This document shows, piece after piece, positions 20,825 to 34,500 of a stretch of 64,000 nt of DNA; position 1 is the first letter of the stretch; each line of letters opens with the position of its first letter. The notes beneath the pieces are model-generated. The model saw only the letters and a program-made list of their open reading frames with translations. It searched no databases and was not told where the DNA came from. The translations under genes were made by a program, and so were the position numbers. Source of the stretch: an uncultured bacterium. Lineage in GTDB: Bacteria; Verrucomicrobiota; Verrucomicrobiia; Limisphaerales; UBA8199. The stretch lies in assembly GCA_963749495.1 (NCBI GenBank), contig CAVVMW010000021.1, forward strand, positions 1 through 64,000. Reading direction: 5' to 3'.

Positions 20825-21396
20825 AGAATTCTTTGGGGTGCGTGATGGAACCGCCGGTGCGTGCTCTGGACGCCAAAGGCGTCCCTCATATCAGCCCAGG
20901 GCCTCGCCCTGGGTACAGCCGCCAATAATCATCTGGAGCGCTGAAAGCGCGATTCATCCTTGGTCCTGGCCTGTAACACGACAGGAGCGATTCCCCTCAA
21001 TCCCAAACATACATCTCCTCGAACTCCACATGGTATTTTCGCAGGAGGTCCCGATACTCCTCCTGGAACGTCTGCGTGCGATGACGCTGCTCCTGGCGGT
21101 CTATGTAGCGGACCAACTCCTGCAACTGGCTCCAGCCTATCTGTGGAGGAGGACTTGGCTCAGGGATTGCGGCATAAGGGAACCTATTTGATTGGATTTG
21201 GCTCGACAAACTCCGGGGAGTTTATGAATCAGGCCAAAGGCCTGCGTCATAAAGCTCCCGGAGGATGAATCGCGCTTTCAGCGCTCCAGATGATCATTGG
21301 CGGCTGTTCCCAGGGCGTTGCCCTGGGCTGGTATGAATGACGCCTTTGGCGTCCAGCGCACGCACCGCCGGTTCCATCCTGCACCCGAACAATTCT
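20825..21396. mobile_element. IS200-like/RAYT-type remnant with about 135-bp inverted arms
   Basis: Arms 20825-20960 and 21262-21396 are reverse complements. Confidence 0.85.
20997..21175 (-). pseudogene. Internally deleted Y1 tyrosine transposase (TnpA)
   Basis: N-terminal MPQSLSQVLLH joined to C-terminal YIDRQEQRHR..FQEEYR.LL.KYHVEFEE.YVWD; HUH core absent. Confidence 0.8.
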
Positions 21397-21429
21397 GTCG
21401 TGCGGCCGATCCCGCGCGGTTCGATTTGG

Positions 21430-23924
<2,495 letters not shown>

Positions 23925-23946
23925 ACTCTCTCTCAAAAAAATGCAA

Positions 23947-25059
23947 TCACTTTTCCGGTCTGTCCAACCCGGCCCCGCTCGCCCCGGCCGGCTTGGCGAT
24001 GGGGCGGCTGACGCCCCGGAGCCGCTCGCGCACCATGTCGGCCCGGTGCAAATCGCGCTCCTCGGCCGAGAGCTTCTCGGAGTGCTGCTTCTGCAAATGC
24101 GCCGGCTGGGTCAGGATGAACAATTCGTCCACCAGGGATCGATCCACGCCCGGAAACAGCCCAACGTCCACGCCCAGTCGCATTAAAGATAGCAGATTCA
24201 TCGTCTCTTTCGAGGAAATACTGTGGGCATTGGCCAAAATCCCGTAAGCGCGTCCGATGTGGTTGAACATCATCTTGGTCTTCTTCTCCAGGAGGCTGGC
24301 GCGGGCGTTTTCCTCGTGCTCGATGATCTGGGCCAGGACCTTCTCGAGGCGCTCGACGATGGCGCTCTCGGATTCGCCAAGGGTCATCTGGTTGGAGACC
24401 TGGAAGACATTGCCCAGGGCCTCGGTGCCTTCGCCGTAGAGGCCGCGCACGGCCAGGCCCAGCTTGTTGACCGATTGGATGATGGGATTGATCTGCTCGG
24501 CCAGGACCAGCCCGGGCAAGTGCAGCATGGCGCTGACGCGGATGCCGGTGCCCAAGTTGGTGGGGCAGGCGGTCAGGTAGCCCAGTTCCGGGCTGAAGGC
24601 GTAGTCGAGCCGCTTCTCCAGGGCGGAGTCGGCCTGGTCGATGGCGGTCCAGGCCTGGCGCAATTGGAGGCCGGGGCGCAGGGCCTGCATGCGGAGGTGG
24701 TCTTCCTCGTTGATCATGAAGCAGAGGGTCTCTTCCCGGTTGAAGACCAGGCCGCTGCCCGCGCTCTTGGCGGCGTGCTCGCGGCTGATGAGATGACGTT
24801 CCACCAGGATCTGCTTGTCCAGGCTGGAGAGGGTGTCCATGGCCTCGGAGAATACATCCTTCATCTCGGGCAGCGCCGCTATGACCGGGCGGAGAAGTTC
24901 GAAGACCCGAACGCGCTCCGGCTTCTTGGCCCAGCCCGGGAACGGGGCATCTCGCAGATTTCGGGCCAGCCGGACGCGGCTCGAGGTGACAATGCGGTCG
25001 TAAGGTCCCTTGCGGCGGGCCGTCTCGGCGGGTGGGGTCAGGAATGCGTGCAGGTCCAT
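23947..25059 (-). CDS. mcsB: Protein arginine kinase
   Basis: SSRVRLARN, NEEDHLR and GYLTACPTNLGTG motifs. Confidence 0.95.
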   Translation of the reverse strand: MDLHAFLTPPAETARRKGPYDRIVTSSRVRLARNLRDAPFPGWAKKPERVRVFELLRPVIAALPEMKDVFSEAMDTLSSLDKQILVERHLISREHAAKSAGSGLVFNREETLCFMINEEDHLRMQALRPGLQLRQAWTAIDQADSALEKRLDYAFSPELGYLTACPTNLGTGIRVSAMLHLPGLVLAEQINPIIQSVNKLGLAVRGLYGEGTEALGNVFQVSNQMTLGESESAIVERLEKVLAQIIEHEENARASLLEKKTKMMFNHIGRAYGILANAHSISSKETMNLLSLMRLGVDVGLFPGVDRSLVDELFILTQPAHLQKQHSEKLSAEERDLHRADMVRERLRGVSRPIAKPAGASGAGLDRPEK

Positions 25060-25090
25060 GGTAGTTCTTTCAAACGGCGCCCCCACACCG

Positions 25091-25600
25091 TCACGTTGGC
25101 GCCGGGGTTCCCAGCCGGGCGGTGGTTTGTTTGATTTCGTCGCGCAGCGTGGCGGCCTGCTCGAAGTCTTCGGACTCGATGGCCTTGGCCAGTTTTTTCT
25201 GAAGGGCCTTGAGGCGGTCGGTGAGGTCGCGGCTTTGGCGGAGGGATTCGGGGACCTTGCCCACATGGCGGATGCCCTTGTGCATGGTCTTGAGGAGGCC
25301 ATCGAGTGCCTCGGAAAATGTCTTGTAGCAGTCGGGACACCCCAGGCGCCCGGCTTTCTTGAAGTCGGCCTGAGTGAACCCGCACCGCGGGCACTTGACC
25401 TCCGCGCCGCCGCCGGCCTGCTCAATCTCCTGCGAGGCGCCCAGCCCCAGCAACAGGTCGGCCAGGGAGAACCCGGTCGGGTCGTTGACCCCCTTGGTCT
25501 TGGCGCAATCTTCGCAAAGGTCCACCTTCTGCATTTTGTTCCCGTCGATCTGGGTCAAATGGACGGTGGCTTCCTTTTCCTTGCAGATGCAGCACAACAT
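25091..25600 (-). CDS. mcsA: McsA (CxxC motifs plus UVR domain)
   Basis: Four CxxC motifs, GRLGC, EDFEQAATLRDEIK. Confidence 0.93.
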   Translation of the reverse strand: MLCCICKEKEATVHLTQIDGNKMQKVDLCEDCAKTKGVNDPTGFSLADLLLGLGASQEIEQAGGGAEVKCPRCGFTQADFKKAGRLGCPDCYKTFSEALDGLLKTMHKGIRHVGKVPESLRQSRDLTDRLKALQKKLAKAIESEDFEQAATLRDEIKQTTARLGTPAPT

Positions 25601-25607
25601 AAATTCT

Positions 25608-26480
25608 CTATTCGTATATCGGCTCGCCGGATACTTTAGTCAAGGCGCGGTATTGCGCCACCAGCCGGCTGGTGACCCGGCCAGGCTTGCCGGTGCCGAT
25701 CACGCGCCCGTCAATCTTGACTATCGGCACCAGTTCGGCCCCGGTGCCGGTGAGGAAACACTCGTCCGCGTTGAACAGGTCGTGCCGGGTCAGGTTGGGC
25801 TCGCCCACACCCAGGCCCGATTCGGCGGCCATGTCCAACACCACCTGGCGCGTGATCCCGTAGAGCGCCCCGGCCGAGAGCGGCGGGGTCAGACAATGCC
25901 CGTCTTTGACGATGAACAGGTTGTCGCCGGTACACTCGGCCACGAAACCCTCGGCGTTGAGCATCACGGCCTCCTCGCAACCGGCGTTGTTGGCCTCGAT
26001 CTTGGCCAGGATATTGTTCAGGTAATTGAGCGACTTTATGGCGGGATTGAGCGCGCTGTGCAGGTTGCGCACGGTGGGGACCGTGATGATCTCCATTCCG
26101 CGCTCGTAGAGTTCGGGCGGGTAAAGCTGGATCTTCCCGGCGATGATGATGACGGTGGGAGACTTGCACCGGTTGGGATTTATGCCGAGCGTGCCGATGC
26201 CGCGCGTGACCACCAGGCGGATATAGCCGTCCCGCACCTTGTTGCGCCGGCAGGTCTCCAGCACCGCCGCCACGAGCTCGGCCTGGGCCATCGGCATCTC
26301 CAGCAGAATCGATTTGGCCGAGCAGAACAACCGGTCGATGTGTTCCCGCAGCTTGAACACCCGGCCGTTGTAGGCGCGAATCCCCTCGAAGATGCCGTCC
26401 CCGTAGAGAAGGCCGTGGTCGAACACTGAGATCCTCGCCACCCGTTCGTCGTAGAATTTTCCGCCGATATAGACTTTCAT
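25608..26480 (-). CDS. ilvE: Branched-chain amino acid aminotransferase
   Basis: DHGLLYGDGIFEG, KSLNY, GITR and TGTGAE motifs. Confidence 0.93.
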   Translation of the reverse strand: MKVYIGGKFYDERVARISVFDHGLLYGDGIFEGIRAYNGRVFKLREHIDRLFCSAKSILLEMPMAQAELVAAVLETCRRNKVRDGYIRLVVTRGIGTLGINPNRCKSPTVIIIAGKIQLYPPELYERGMEIITVPTVRNLHSALNPAIKSLNYLNNILAKIEANNAGCEEAVMLNAEGFVAECTGDNLFIVKDGHCLTPPLSAGALYGITRQVVLDMAAESGLGVGEPNLTRHDLFNADECFLTGTGAELVPIVKIDGRVIGTGKPGRVTSRLVAQYRALTKVSGEPIYE

Positions 26481-26646
26481 GTCGTCAGTGGACCCACAGT
26501 AGGGAAACCAATCGGGCGTGGCAACACAGAAAGGCCGGGGATCGCGGAGAATCCAAGAAACAAGAGCGACCAAAGGGACGGAAGGGACGCAGGGGACACT
26601 GAACGACGGCCAGCACGGGGGAGGGCGCCCGTGCTCAGGCCGGTCT

Positions 26647-26848
26647 GGGCCATTGGCAAAGTCGCTCGGTGCGCCTGTGCGCCAGGGGCGCCAGCGTAGC
26701 GCAGACTTCCAAGTCTGCTGTGTCGCGGGTTTCCAAACCCGCAGGCCTTCCGCAAACCGGGGGCGCTCTATATGTCAACGCCCTGCCGATTTGGAAATCG
26801 GCGATACGGCAGGTTTGGAAACCTGCGCTACAACTTTGTCAACGGTCC
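26647..26848. mobile_element. Family C MITE-like element (inverted copy)
   Basis: Reverse complement of 14649-14849. Confidence 0.8.
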
Positions 26849-26927
26849 TGTCAGGCCGGTCTCCCGGCTCCGATTGGGGCTGGACAAGTCAACGAGCGCC
26901 AGTATATTGCCGGCACTCGCTCGTGCC

Positions 26928-27002
26928 GACCCTATGGTCTAGCGGTTAGGACACCACCCTTTCACGGTGGTAGCCCGGGTTCGATTCCCGGTAGGGTCGC
27001 CA
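26928..27002 (+). tRNA. tRNA-Glu (TTC)
   Basis: Acceptor GACCCTA/TAGGGTC, anticodon arm CCACC-CT-TTC-AC-GGTGG, GGTTCGATT T-loop, encoded CCA. Confidence 0.96.
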
Positions 27003-27270
27003 CCCTCCGGTCCCCGCGCCGGGCTAATGCCTTCGGGTGCGCTTGTGGCGCCGTTTATGGCGCCAGGCATCAACCACCAGAAAAATGAACACCATCATAC
27101 CCAGCGCCAGAAGCACCACCGCGCCCGGTCGGCGCTCCCAGAGCAACCTGAGGCTCCTGGCAATTTCGGCCACATCCATGCCAGTGCAATCTACACCAGC
27201 CCGCGCCGCACAGGCAAACCAAAGCCCGGACGTAACCGGTCACTGAAGGCGGAGAGAGAGTCCGCAGGGC

Positions 27271-27415
27271 ACCCCTCACCCCGGCCCTCTCCCCTTCCAG
27301 GGGAGAGGGAGAAACGTCGGCAGTCGCGGGGACTTCCGGGCGTGTCCGCTTCCTCATGCCGCTACCGAGGATTCCCCCTCTCCCCTTCGGAAGGGGAGAG
27401 GGCCGGGGTGAGGGG
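27271..27415. repeat. REP-like doublet CCCTCACCCCGGCCCTCTCCCC...GGGGAGAGGGCCGGGGTGAGGG
   Basis: Nested inverted repeats. Confidence 0.85.
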
Positions 27416-27519
27416 TCTATCCCCGAGACACTCCCATCATCACTGATGCCTTACGCCCGGACAAAGCCCCTACTGCGCGAGAGGCCGCGCGCGGAGGGGC
27501 TCCGGGTCCGGTTCCTGGC

Positions 27520-27909
27520 TCAACTCTTCCAGTCGAAGGCCCGTTTCTTGAGGGCGTAGATATAGCCGACCAACAGGACGACGAGGAACAAAATCATGGA
27601 GCCAAGGATCAGCCCGGGGTTCTCTTTGAGCATGGTCCGGTAAACGACCGCCCAAGGATAGAGAAAGACAACCTGGATGTCGAAGAGGATGAAGAGCATG
27701 GCTACGAGGTAGAACTTGACGGAGAGCCGCGCGCAGCCGTCGCCGATGGGCAGCATGCCGCATTCCCAAGGGGTGTCCTTGACGGGGGGGCGGCGGCCTT
27801 TCTTGCCGAGAATGACCGAGCCGACGATCATGCCGGCGTTGAACAGCACCGCAAAGATGCCCAGCATCAAGACCGGCACATACTCCACCAGTTGCTCGGA
27901 CTGTTCCAT
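27520..27909 (-). CDS. nuoA: NADH-quinone oxidoreductase subunit A
   Basis: ECG loop, SVKFYLVAMLFILFD..VVFLYPW, three TM helices. Confidence 0.9.
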   Translation of the reverse strand: MEQSEQLVEYVPVLMLGIFAVLFNAGMIVGSVILGKKGRRPPVKDTPWECGMLPIGDGCARLSVKFYLVAMLFILFDIQVVFLYPWAVVYRTMLKENPGLILGSMILFLVVLLVGYIYALKKRAFDWKS

Positions 27910-27942
27910 GCAGCGACTTTAAGACCGGTTCGGTGTTTGGTA

Positions 27943-28090
27943 AAGGCTAGAATAAAGGCTAAAGGCTAAAGGCTAAAGGCTAAAGTGGCGAAAGGGACGA
28001 TTGAGAACACCCCTTTGATGTCCGCCCTCCCTTCGCTACTTTAGCCTTTAGCCTTCAGCCTTCAGCCTTTCCCCTCAGCCTTCAGCCTTT
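27943..28090. repeat. (AAAGGCT)n - 55-bp core - (TAGCCTT/CAGCCTT)n hairpin element
   Basis: Core 27985-28039 matches 42372-42426 in reverse orientation. Confidence 0.9.
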
Positions 28091-28435
28091 GAAAACGCAC
28101 CTGGCGGTGCAGGTTTCGGCGACGGCGACCTCGATGAGCGCGGGCAGCCGTCGCTTGAGTTTCTTCCAGATCCAGAGGGCGATTTGCTCGCTCGTGGGGT
28201 TTTCGAGGCCCGGAATCTCGTTGAGATAGCGGTGGTCAAGCCGGTGCCAGATCGGGTCGAACGCGGTCGTGATTGCGGCGTAGTCCATCACCCAGCCCAG
28301 CCTCGGGTCGCACTGGCCCGCCACGGCGATTTCGACTTTGAAGCTGTGGCCGTGCAGGCGGCGGCATTTGTGTGTCTTGGGCAGGTGTGGCAACCGGTGG
28401 GCGGCCTCGAATTGAAATGTCTTGCGCAGCTCCAT
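28082..28435 (-). CDS. queD: 6-carboxy-5,6,7,8-tetrahydropterin synthase
   Basis: FEAAHRL, CRRLHGHS, LDHRYLN, NPTSE and ET motifs. Confidence 0.93.
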   Translation of the reverse strand: MELRKTFQFEAAHRLPHLPKTHKCRRLHGHSFKVEIAVAGQCDPRLGWVMDYAAITTAFDPIWHRLDHRYLNEIPGLENPTSEQIALWIWKKLKRRLPALIEVAVAETCTARCVFKG

Positions 28436-28499
28436 ATGAGAACCCGTGTTCATCCGTGTCGATCTGTGGTTGAATTGCAGCCTGCCCGGCCGGCCGATC

Positions 28500-29868
28500 T
28501 CAGCCGCCCAGCTCGAAGTCGGTCCAGGCGAGCAGGTCGGCCAGGGCAGGGCGGCCGTCGTGGCGCCAGGCCAGGGGCGGCTGTTGCATGCGGCCAAGCG
28601 GGCAGACGCGGGGCACACCGCGGCGCGCCAGGTCCGTGGCCAGATTCTGGGCCTGGTCCTCCGGCACGGCCAGGCCCACCGTCGAGAGGCTCTCGCGCAC
28701 CGGCTCGGCGTTGTCGAGGGCCTCGGCCAGATCGCGGACCGGCTTCACGTAGATGAACCGGTGCAGGCACGAGGCCTGGAAGCGGGGGTCGGCCTCATAG
28801 ACAACCGTCCAGGCGGTCGAGCCCGGGCTGCACCACAGGCGGGTTTCGGGCGAGTGGGCCGCGCGCACTTCATAAAACGCGCGGCGCGAGGCGATGGACG
28901 CGGCGACCTCGACGGGCAAATGGCCCCTGGGCTCGGCCTCCTCCAAGCGCGCCAGTTCTTCGGCCAGCATCTCGGCGAACTGCTCGGCGCTGAGCCCGCC
29001 GCGTTCCTGGACGTAAATGGCGTGCGGGGAGAGGCATCCCAGTTGGTCCCAGGCCGCCACGTCCGCCGCCGCGCGCGCGGCGGTTCTCCTGGCGTGCAAG
29101 CCCGACAAAGAGCCGGAAGCGACATAAGCGAAGCTGACGCGGTGGCCATAACCCAGGAAGCGGGTGCGGTGCGGCAGCCGCCCGCGAATCGCGGACAAGG
29201 TTCTCGTGTGAGCCGGTGGCCGTCACGCAATCGGCGTGGTCAAAGAGCACCGCCTCCAGCCCGGCGTTGCCGCCGCGCCACTGGGCGATTTCCAGGCAGG
29301 CGCCCAGCTTGGGTTCCTCCTCATAAACCGAATGGGCGAAGAGCCGCGGGAGCAGCGCGGTCCCGTGCGCGCACTTGACGAACTGGGCGGAGCGGACCAG
29401 GAGGCCAAAGGTGATGCTCAACAGCGCGGGGTTGGGGAGGTTGCCGGCGGCGAAATGCGCCTGCAACTCGGGTGCAACCGCCATGGCGGCGCGGCCCAAG
29501 ACCTGTTCCGGCTCGGCCGCGGTCAAGGCGTCGAGGCGATTGGCTCTGCCCAACTCCTGTTCCAGGAGGGCCTGGAAATTGCGCGGGGTGAATTCTCTGA
29601 AGAGCGAGTCCAGGCCGGCGGCCAAGGTGGCGCGGGAAAAGCCCAGCGCCGCCGGCCCGCGCTCCAGGGCGAGCTTGCGCAGCGGGTAATCGTGGTCCAA
29701 CCAGTTGCTGGCCACGCTGCACAAGACGCCGACCAGACTCTGAGTCGAGCGGTGGGCCAGGAACCGGGCGCGGTTGCGCTTGAGGGTCTGGCAGGCCTCT
29801 CCGAGCAGCGCCGGGCTGAGCGCGGCCTCGCCGGGCAGGTCCGCCAGGAAATAATTCGGCAGGTTCAT
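28500..29868 (-). CDS. LuxC-like acyl-CoA reductase, frameshift near 29202
   Basis: AGNLP, ATGS, GYGHRVS, DQLGCLSP and WRHDG motifs across two frames. Confidence 0.82.
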
Positions 29869-31176
29869 GCTCGGGCCGCCATCCACGAACAGCCGCGCGG
29901 TTCCGCCAGGGCGGCGCGCCCCAGCAACTCAAAGCCATCCCCGCGCCGGATGGCCAGGTCCTCTGTCTGAATGGCCAGCACGGAATAGATATTGGCCAAA
30001 TCAAAGACTCGGATCAAACCCGTTTCGCCCTCGGGCACCTCCAGCCCGGTCTCCGGGGAGACGACCTGAGCGCGCGCCCAGCAGGGGAAGCGGAAGATGC
30101 GCTCCCGGCTTGGCGGCGGTTCCTGGAGGGCGTCCACGATCTTGAGATCGTGCATTGGGGCCACGAACGGGACGGGCGGCGCCTGCCGCGAAGCGTTTTG
30201 GACTGCGGCAGTCCTCTGCCGCTTTTTGGAGCGTGGGAGCCTGAAAGCGGCAGAGGACTGCCGCAGTCCAAAACCTGGCGGGCTGGGGGGCGGCCCCTGG
30301 AGAGGGCGGTCGTAGGCCTGTGAGTCTGAGTTCGCTCATGCCGTATTCGCGGATGATGGCGGCGGCAGGAATTGCGAGGCGGCGGGTCATTAGCGCGTGC
30401 AGTTGGCTTGCCGGCAGCGTGCGCGAGCGGCCCTTGTATCCCCCGGTCTCCATTGCGCGCGAACCGGGCGGCAGCACGAATTGGCTTCCGTGCCCCCCCA
30501 GGCCATCCAGGAGATGCACGAACATGAAGGCGGTGCCCAACGCGAGCAGGGGCTGCCCCGTCCGGACTGACTCGCGCAAGGCCGCGGTGGCCGCCTCGAC
30601 GTCAAGGGTCCATGCGCCTTCTTCGGTCGTTCTTGCCACGAACGCTCGCTCCGGCGCCCCGGCCCTGCGCCAAACTGTGTCGAACATCCGGACCAGCGAC
30701 GAGTGCGGGGCCTGGCAGAGAGGCGGAGCCAGGATCGCCCATCGCCACCTGGCGCCGCTGCCGCGGCCCTCCAGGACGTTCTCCTCGAACCATGGCGCCA
30801 GCGAGGCCTCATAGAGGGCCAGCGATTGGGCGTGGTGAAAGTGGCGGCTGGGCGCCTGCCCGGTCGTGCCGCTGGAATAAAAGACGGTCGTGCGCTCCTC
30901 CGGCCTCAGGCACGAAATCTCCAGTTCCTTGAACGCGCTCGTTGGCACACACGGTATCTGCTTCCAACTCGTGATAGCTTCAGGGCGCGCGCCCCGCGCC
31001 CGGCAAAGCCGCCCGTAAGCTCCGTTGCGCTCGGCCTGAATCCGGAACAACTCGAGCGCCAACTCGCCAAATCCCGCCTCCGAGAGGCAGGCGGCGCGCG
31101 CCAAGACAGGGCGAAGCCGGCGCTGGAGCGCCGGCAAATCCGGGCAGCGGCTTGTCGAGAGCGGAGCAGAGGTCAT
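29865..31176 (-). CDS. LuxE-like acyl-protein synthetase, frameshift near 30326, with an in-frame palindrome insert
   Basis: FYSSGTT, METGGYKG, EYGMSEL-SQAY, DLAN, IQTEDL and LGRA..AEPRGCS motifs. Confidence 0.82.
30188..30274. repeat. Family D palindrome (GTTTTGGACTGCG..AGTCC...CAGTCCAAAAC) inside luxE
   Basis: Intergenic copies at about 36163, 38594 and 57372. Confidence 0.9.
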
Positions 31177-31307
31177 GCGGTTTTGTTTTCGCCAGGCTGG
31201 TTTTCCGCCACAGCCCGCAAGATTATGTAGCGCCCCAGCCGCCCCGGCGCAAGAAGGAAGCGGCGGGAGGGTGCGATTGAAAGCGTCGGGCATGAGCCTG
31301 GGGAGTT

Positions 31308-31495
31308 GTGTCCCGGAGGGACATCCGACAATAGCCCGGCGTTTCAACGCCGGGGAGGCCGCAAAAGGGACCCTCGTCCCGAAGGGACGACTGAGAACAC
31401 TCCTTGTTTTCAACCGTCCCTTCGGGACGGACCTGCTCCTTGGGTGCGCTCACCCGGCGTTGAAACGCCGGGCTATTGTCGCAAGCCCCTTCGGG
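31308..31495. repeat. REP-like nested palindromes (AATAGCCCGGCGTTTCAACGCCGGG; CGTCCCGAAGGGACG)
   Basis: Inverted arms with internal hairpins. Confidence 0.85.
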
Positions 31496-31575
31496 GCAAA
31501 AAGGCGCCATGGGCTGACCGACGGGTTTAATCGCAGGCCCGGTGGATGGCGGCCTTGCGGCGCCACGGTGCTGGG

Positions 31576-34500
31576 TCACCGGCTTGCGTCAGGCACGCAT
31601 TTCAAAACGAAGGGTTCGGAGAGGCCGTAGCCGACGGTCGAGTATTGGTCACCGGGAGGCGGGCCGGGGTTTGGGCCGCGCTGGAAGCTGCCCGGCCAGG
31701 CTGCGCCGAGCGGGGGGTTGCCGTGGTGCGGGCCGAGCGTGTTTTTCAAAGTGCCGATGACGGTGACTTCGATCTCGTTTTGGCCGCGCTGGATCCAGCG
31801 GCTGACGTTGCACTCCCAGGGCGGAGCATCGATATAACCGGCGGCATGCCCGCGGATGCTGACCTTGGCGACACTGCCGCGCCAGCCGCGCAGGGCGACC
31901 GAATAGCGGCCGGCGGCCCGGTCTATGTTAAACCGCTGGCGATAGGCAACCCCGCCCGCGTAAAAAGGATAGCCTTGGGCGTTCCAATCCATCCCCAGTT
32001 TGAGGGCGTGGTCCGGGACGACCAGGAAGCCGTGTCCGGCCGGTTTGAGCGCAAAGTCACCCACCAGGTAGGCCGGTTCCAACTCATGGAACATCGTGAA
32101 GGGCGCGGCCTTGATGGTGAGGACGTTTTCGCCGGCGCGCGCCACAGAGGCCAGGTCGAGCTTGCCGAACGATTTGTCGAGCCACCAGGCGCCGGGTTTG
32201 GCCGTCACGGGCCGGCCGTTGCAGGCGATGGTGTAGAGGTCCGGGCGCTCGACGATGATGGCCAGGCCGAGGGGCGGCGCGTCCTGGAGTTGGAACCGGT
32301 AGCTGGCCTCGAAACCGCTGCCTGGGGGGAAGGTCTTCGAAATCAGGCTCGTCTTTGAACTGGACGGCGCTGTCCCAGGGATCACGTTCCATTCCGTTTT
32401 TCTGCCAGGCGAACTGGTTGGCTTGGTAGAAGTAGAGGTTGCTCCGGGTCTCACCGCCGGCGGTGACGTCCACGTAATCCAGCGTGAGGACGTTGTTGGC
32501 GAGGCGGCGGATTTCGGGCGCGCCCGCAGCCTCGATGACCGCGGCGATTTGCGCTGTTGGCCGGGCGCGGGGCAGCGGTTTGCGTGAGAGGAAGAGCAAC
32601 AGGCTGCCGGAGGGGGGCAGGTTGAAGCCGGCCTGGAGGCCGGGAGCGCCCGCTGTGACGGGGTATGGCTGGGCCTCGCCGGTGTAAAGGTTCCAGGCCT
32701 GGACGCCCTTGAGGCCGGAGTGGATCGTTCCGGTCGAGGGCGATTCGATGCTCGAGTTCACCAGGAACAGGATCTCGCCGTCCTCGATCCGGCGGCGGTG
32801 ATGGAAGAGGATGCCGCGGTCGCCGGGTGCGCGGTCGATAGCGAAGCCGGGCGTGCTGAGTTCGTTGGGCAAGGCGGCGGCCTGGATTCTCCGCCAGCGG
32901 GCCGACTTTGCCAGTGCGGGGCCTGCCGGTGAGGGGCCGCCATCGAGCCTGTCCGGCGGCTCTCCGCAGCAGAGCACGGCGCCGCCCGCTTGCTCGAACC
33001 CGGCCAACAGTTGGGCGGTCTTCGAATCCAGATTCTCGGTCCCGGCCGGCAGGACCACTGTCCGGTAATGGCGCTGGCCGACTTTCAACCCGGCAGCGTC
33101 CACCGAGCCATTGCGGGCCAGCACGTCCTCGCAGCCGATGTCGTACTCGACCTGCGCGGCCTCCAGGGCCATGACCAATTTGAAGAAGCCCTGGCCCAGT
33201 TCGTCGAGCTTGGCTCCCGCGCCCTGGTACATCCAGGCGGTGGTGGTGGGCTCCAGGACCAGGACCTCGTTGACCTGCTCGCCCTGGGAAAGGGCCGCCG
33301 AGAGCCGCGCCAAATACTGGGCCGAGACATGATAGGCCTCCCACCAGGGCTCGTGATACGAGAAGGACTGCGGGTGGTCCCGCTTGCGGGCGCCGCGAAT
33401 GGTGACGTAGGAAAGATGCTGGTTGAGGGTGTTGACGCCCAGCACCTCCAGCCAGTCGCCAATGCGTTTCATGTCCTCGAAGCGCAGGTCCCAGCCCCCG
33501 GCGCCATAGACCTCGCACAAGGTCCGCTCCCGGCCCAGTTGGTTGGCGATGCTGGACAGTTCGCGGACCATCCGGGCATTGCCGAATTGGGCGTGGGTGT
33601 TCTCGGCGTATTGGTTCATGAGGCAATCGATGGCCGGGCGTTGGTGCCAGGCATACATGGACATGTTGTCGGGCACCGCCCCGCAGTTGGGCCATTCGTG
33701 GTCCCAGTAATGGCCCGTCCAGGCCAGGTGGTTGGTCGCGCAGTAATCGTGGTAGGGCTTGGACCAATGCGCGATGAACTGCTCGTTGAGGACCGCGTAG
33801 TAGTTGTGGCGGACCTTCCGCCAGTCGCCCACGGGATGGGCCAGGCTGGGCAGGTGCTCGATAAGGCTGTAGCCCCACCGCTTCTGGAACTCAGCGGCCA
33901 GGACCTCGCTCCAGGCAAAACTGCCCGCCGGCCTGATGTTCGGCTCATCGGTGAAGACCCCCGGGATGCGGCGTCCGAACTGGGCTCCGACTTCGCGCCG
34001 ATAGGCCTCCAGGGTCACCTCAAGGAATTTCTCCGTGACGCCGGGCGAGAGCAGGTTCACGTAGCACCGGTTGCCGTGCCAGGGCGAGTTGCCGGCGCGG
34101 ACCTCCGTGGCGGCCAGGTAGCGTCCGTCGGGCAGGGCTTCCCCCGCCTTGACCTTGCCGCTCACGTCCTCAGACCGGTCCCCCTCCAACAGATAAACGC
34201 CAACCAGGTTGTCGGACCAGGCGGGGGCCTTCTTGGCCTCGCGGAAGACCAGGCCGCGCCCGCGCGATTCCGGCATTTGCTCCGGCACCCAGCCGCCGGC
34301 GAATCCCGAGGGGTACGAGTTCTCATCGTAAATCCAAACGTTCATGTCCAACCGCTCCGCCTCGTCCAGCGCCGCTTTCCATAGCCGGAACCAATCTGCC
34401 GACAGATACGGCGTCATCAACCCGGGCCGCGGGTGTACCCACACCTGCTTGACCTTCTGGCCCGCCAGGTCCCGCAGCGTCTGGCGCACCTGCTCCTCCG

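Noticed and set aside
19033..20925. 630-aa ORF as one real protein
   Set aside because: The 5' part is a read-through of a repeat arm and an addiction-module fragment; the plausible gene starts near 20451.
26928..27100. tRNA-Glu as an island integration site
   Set aside because: No integrase and no duplicated tRNA 3' end were seen in the window.
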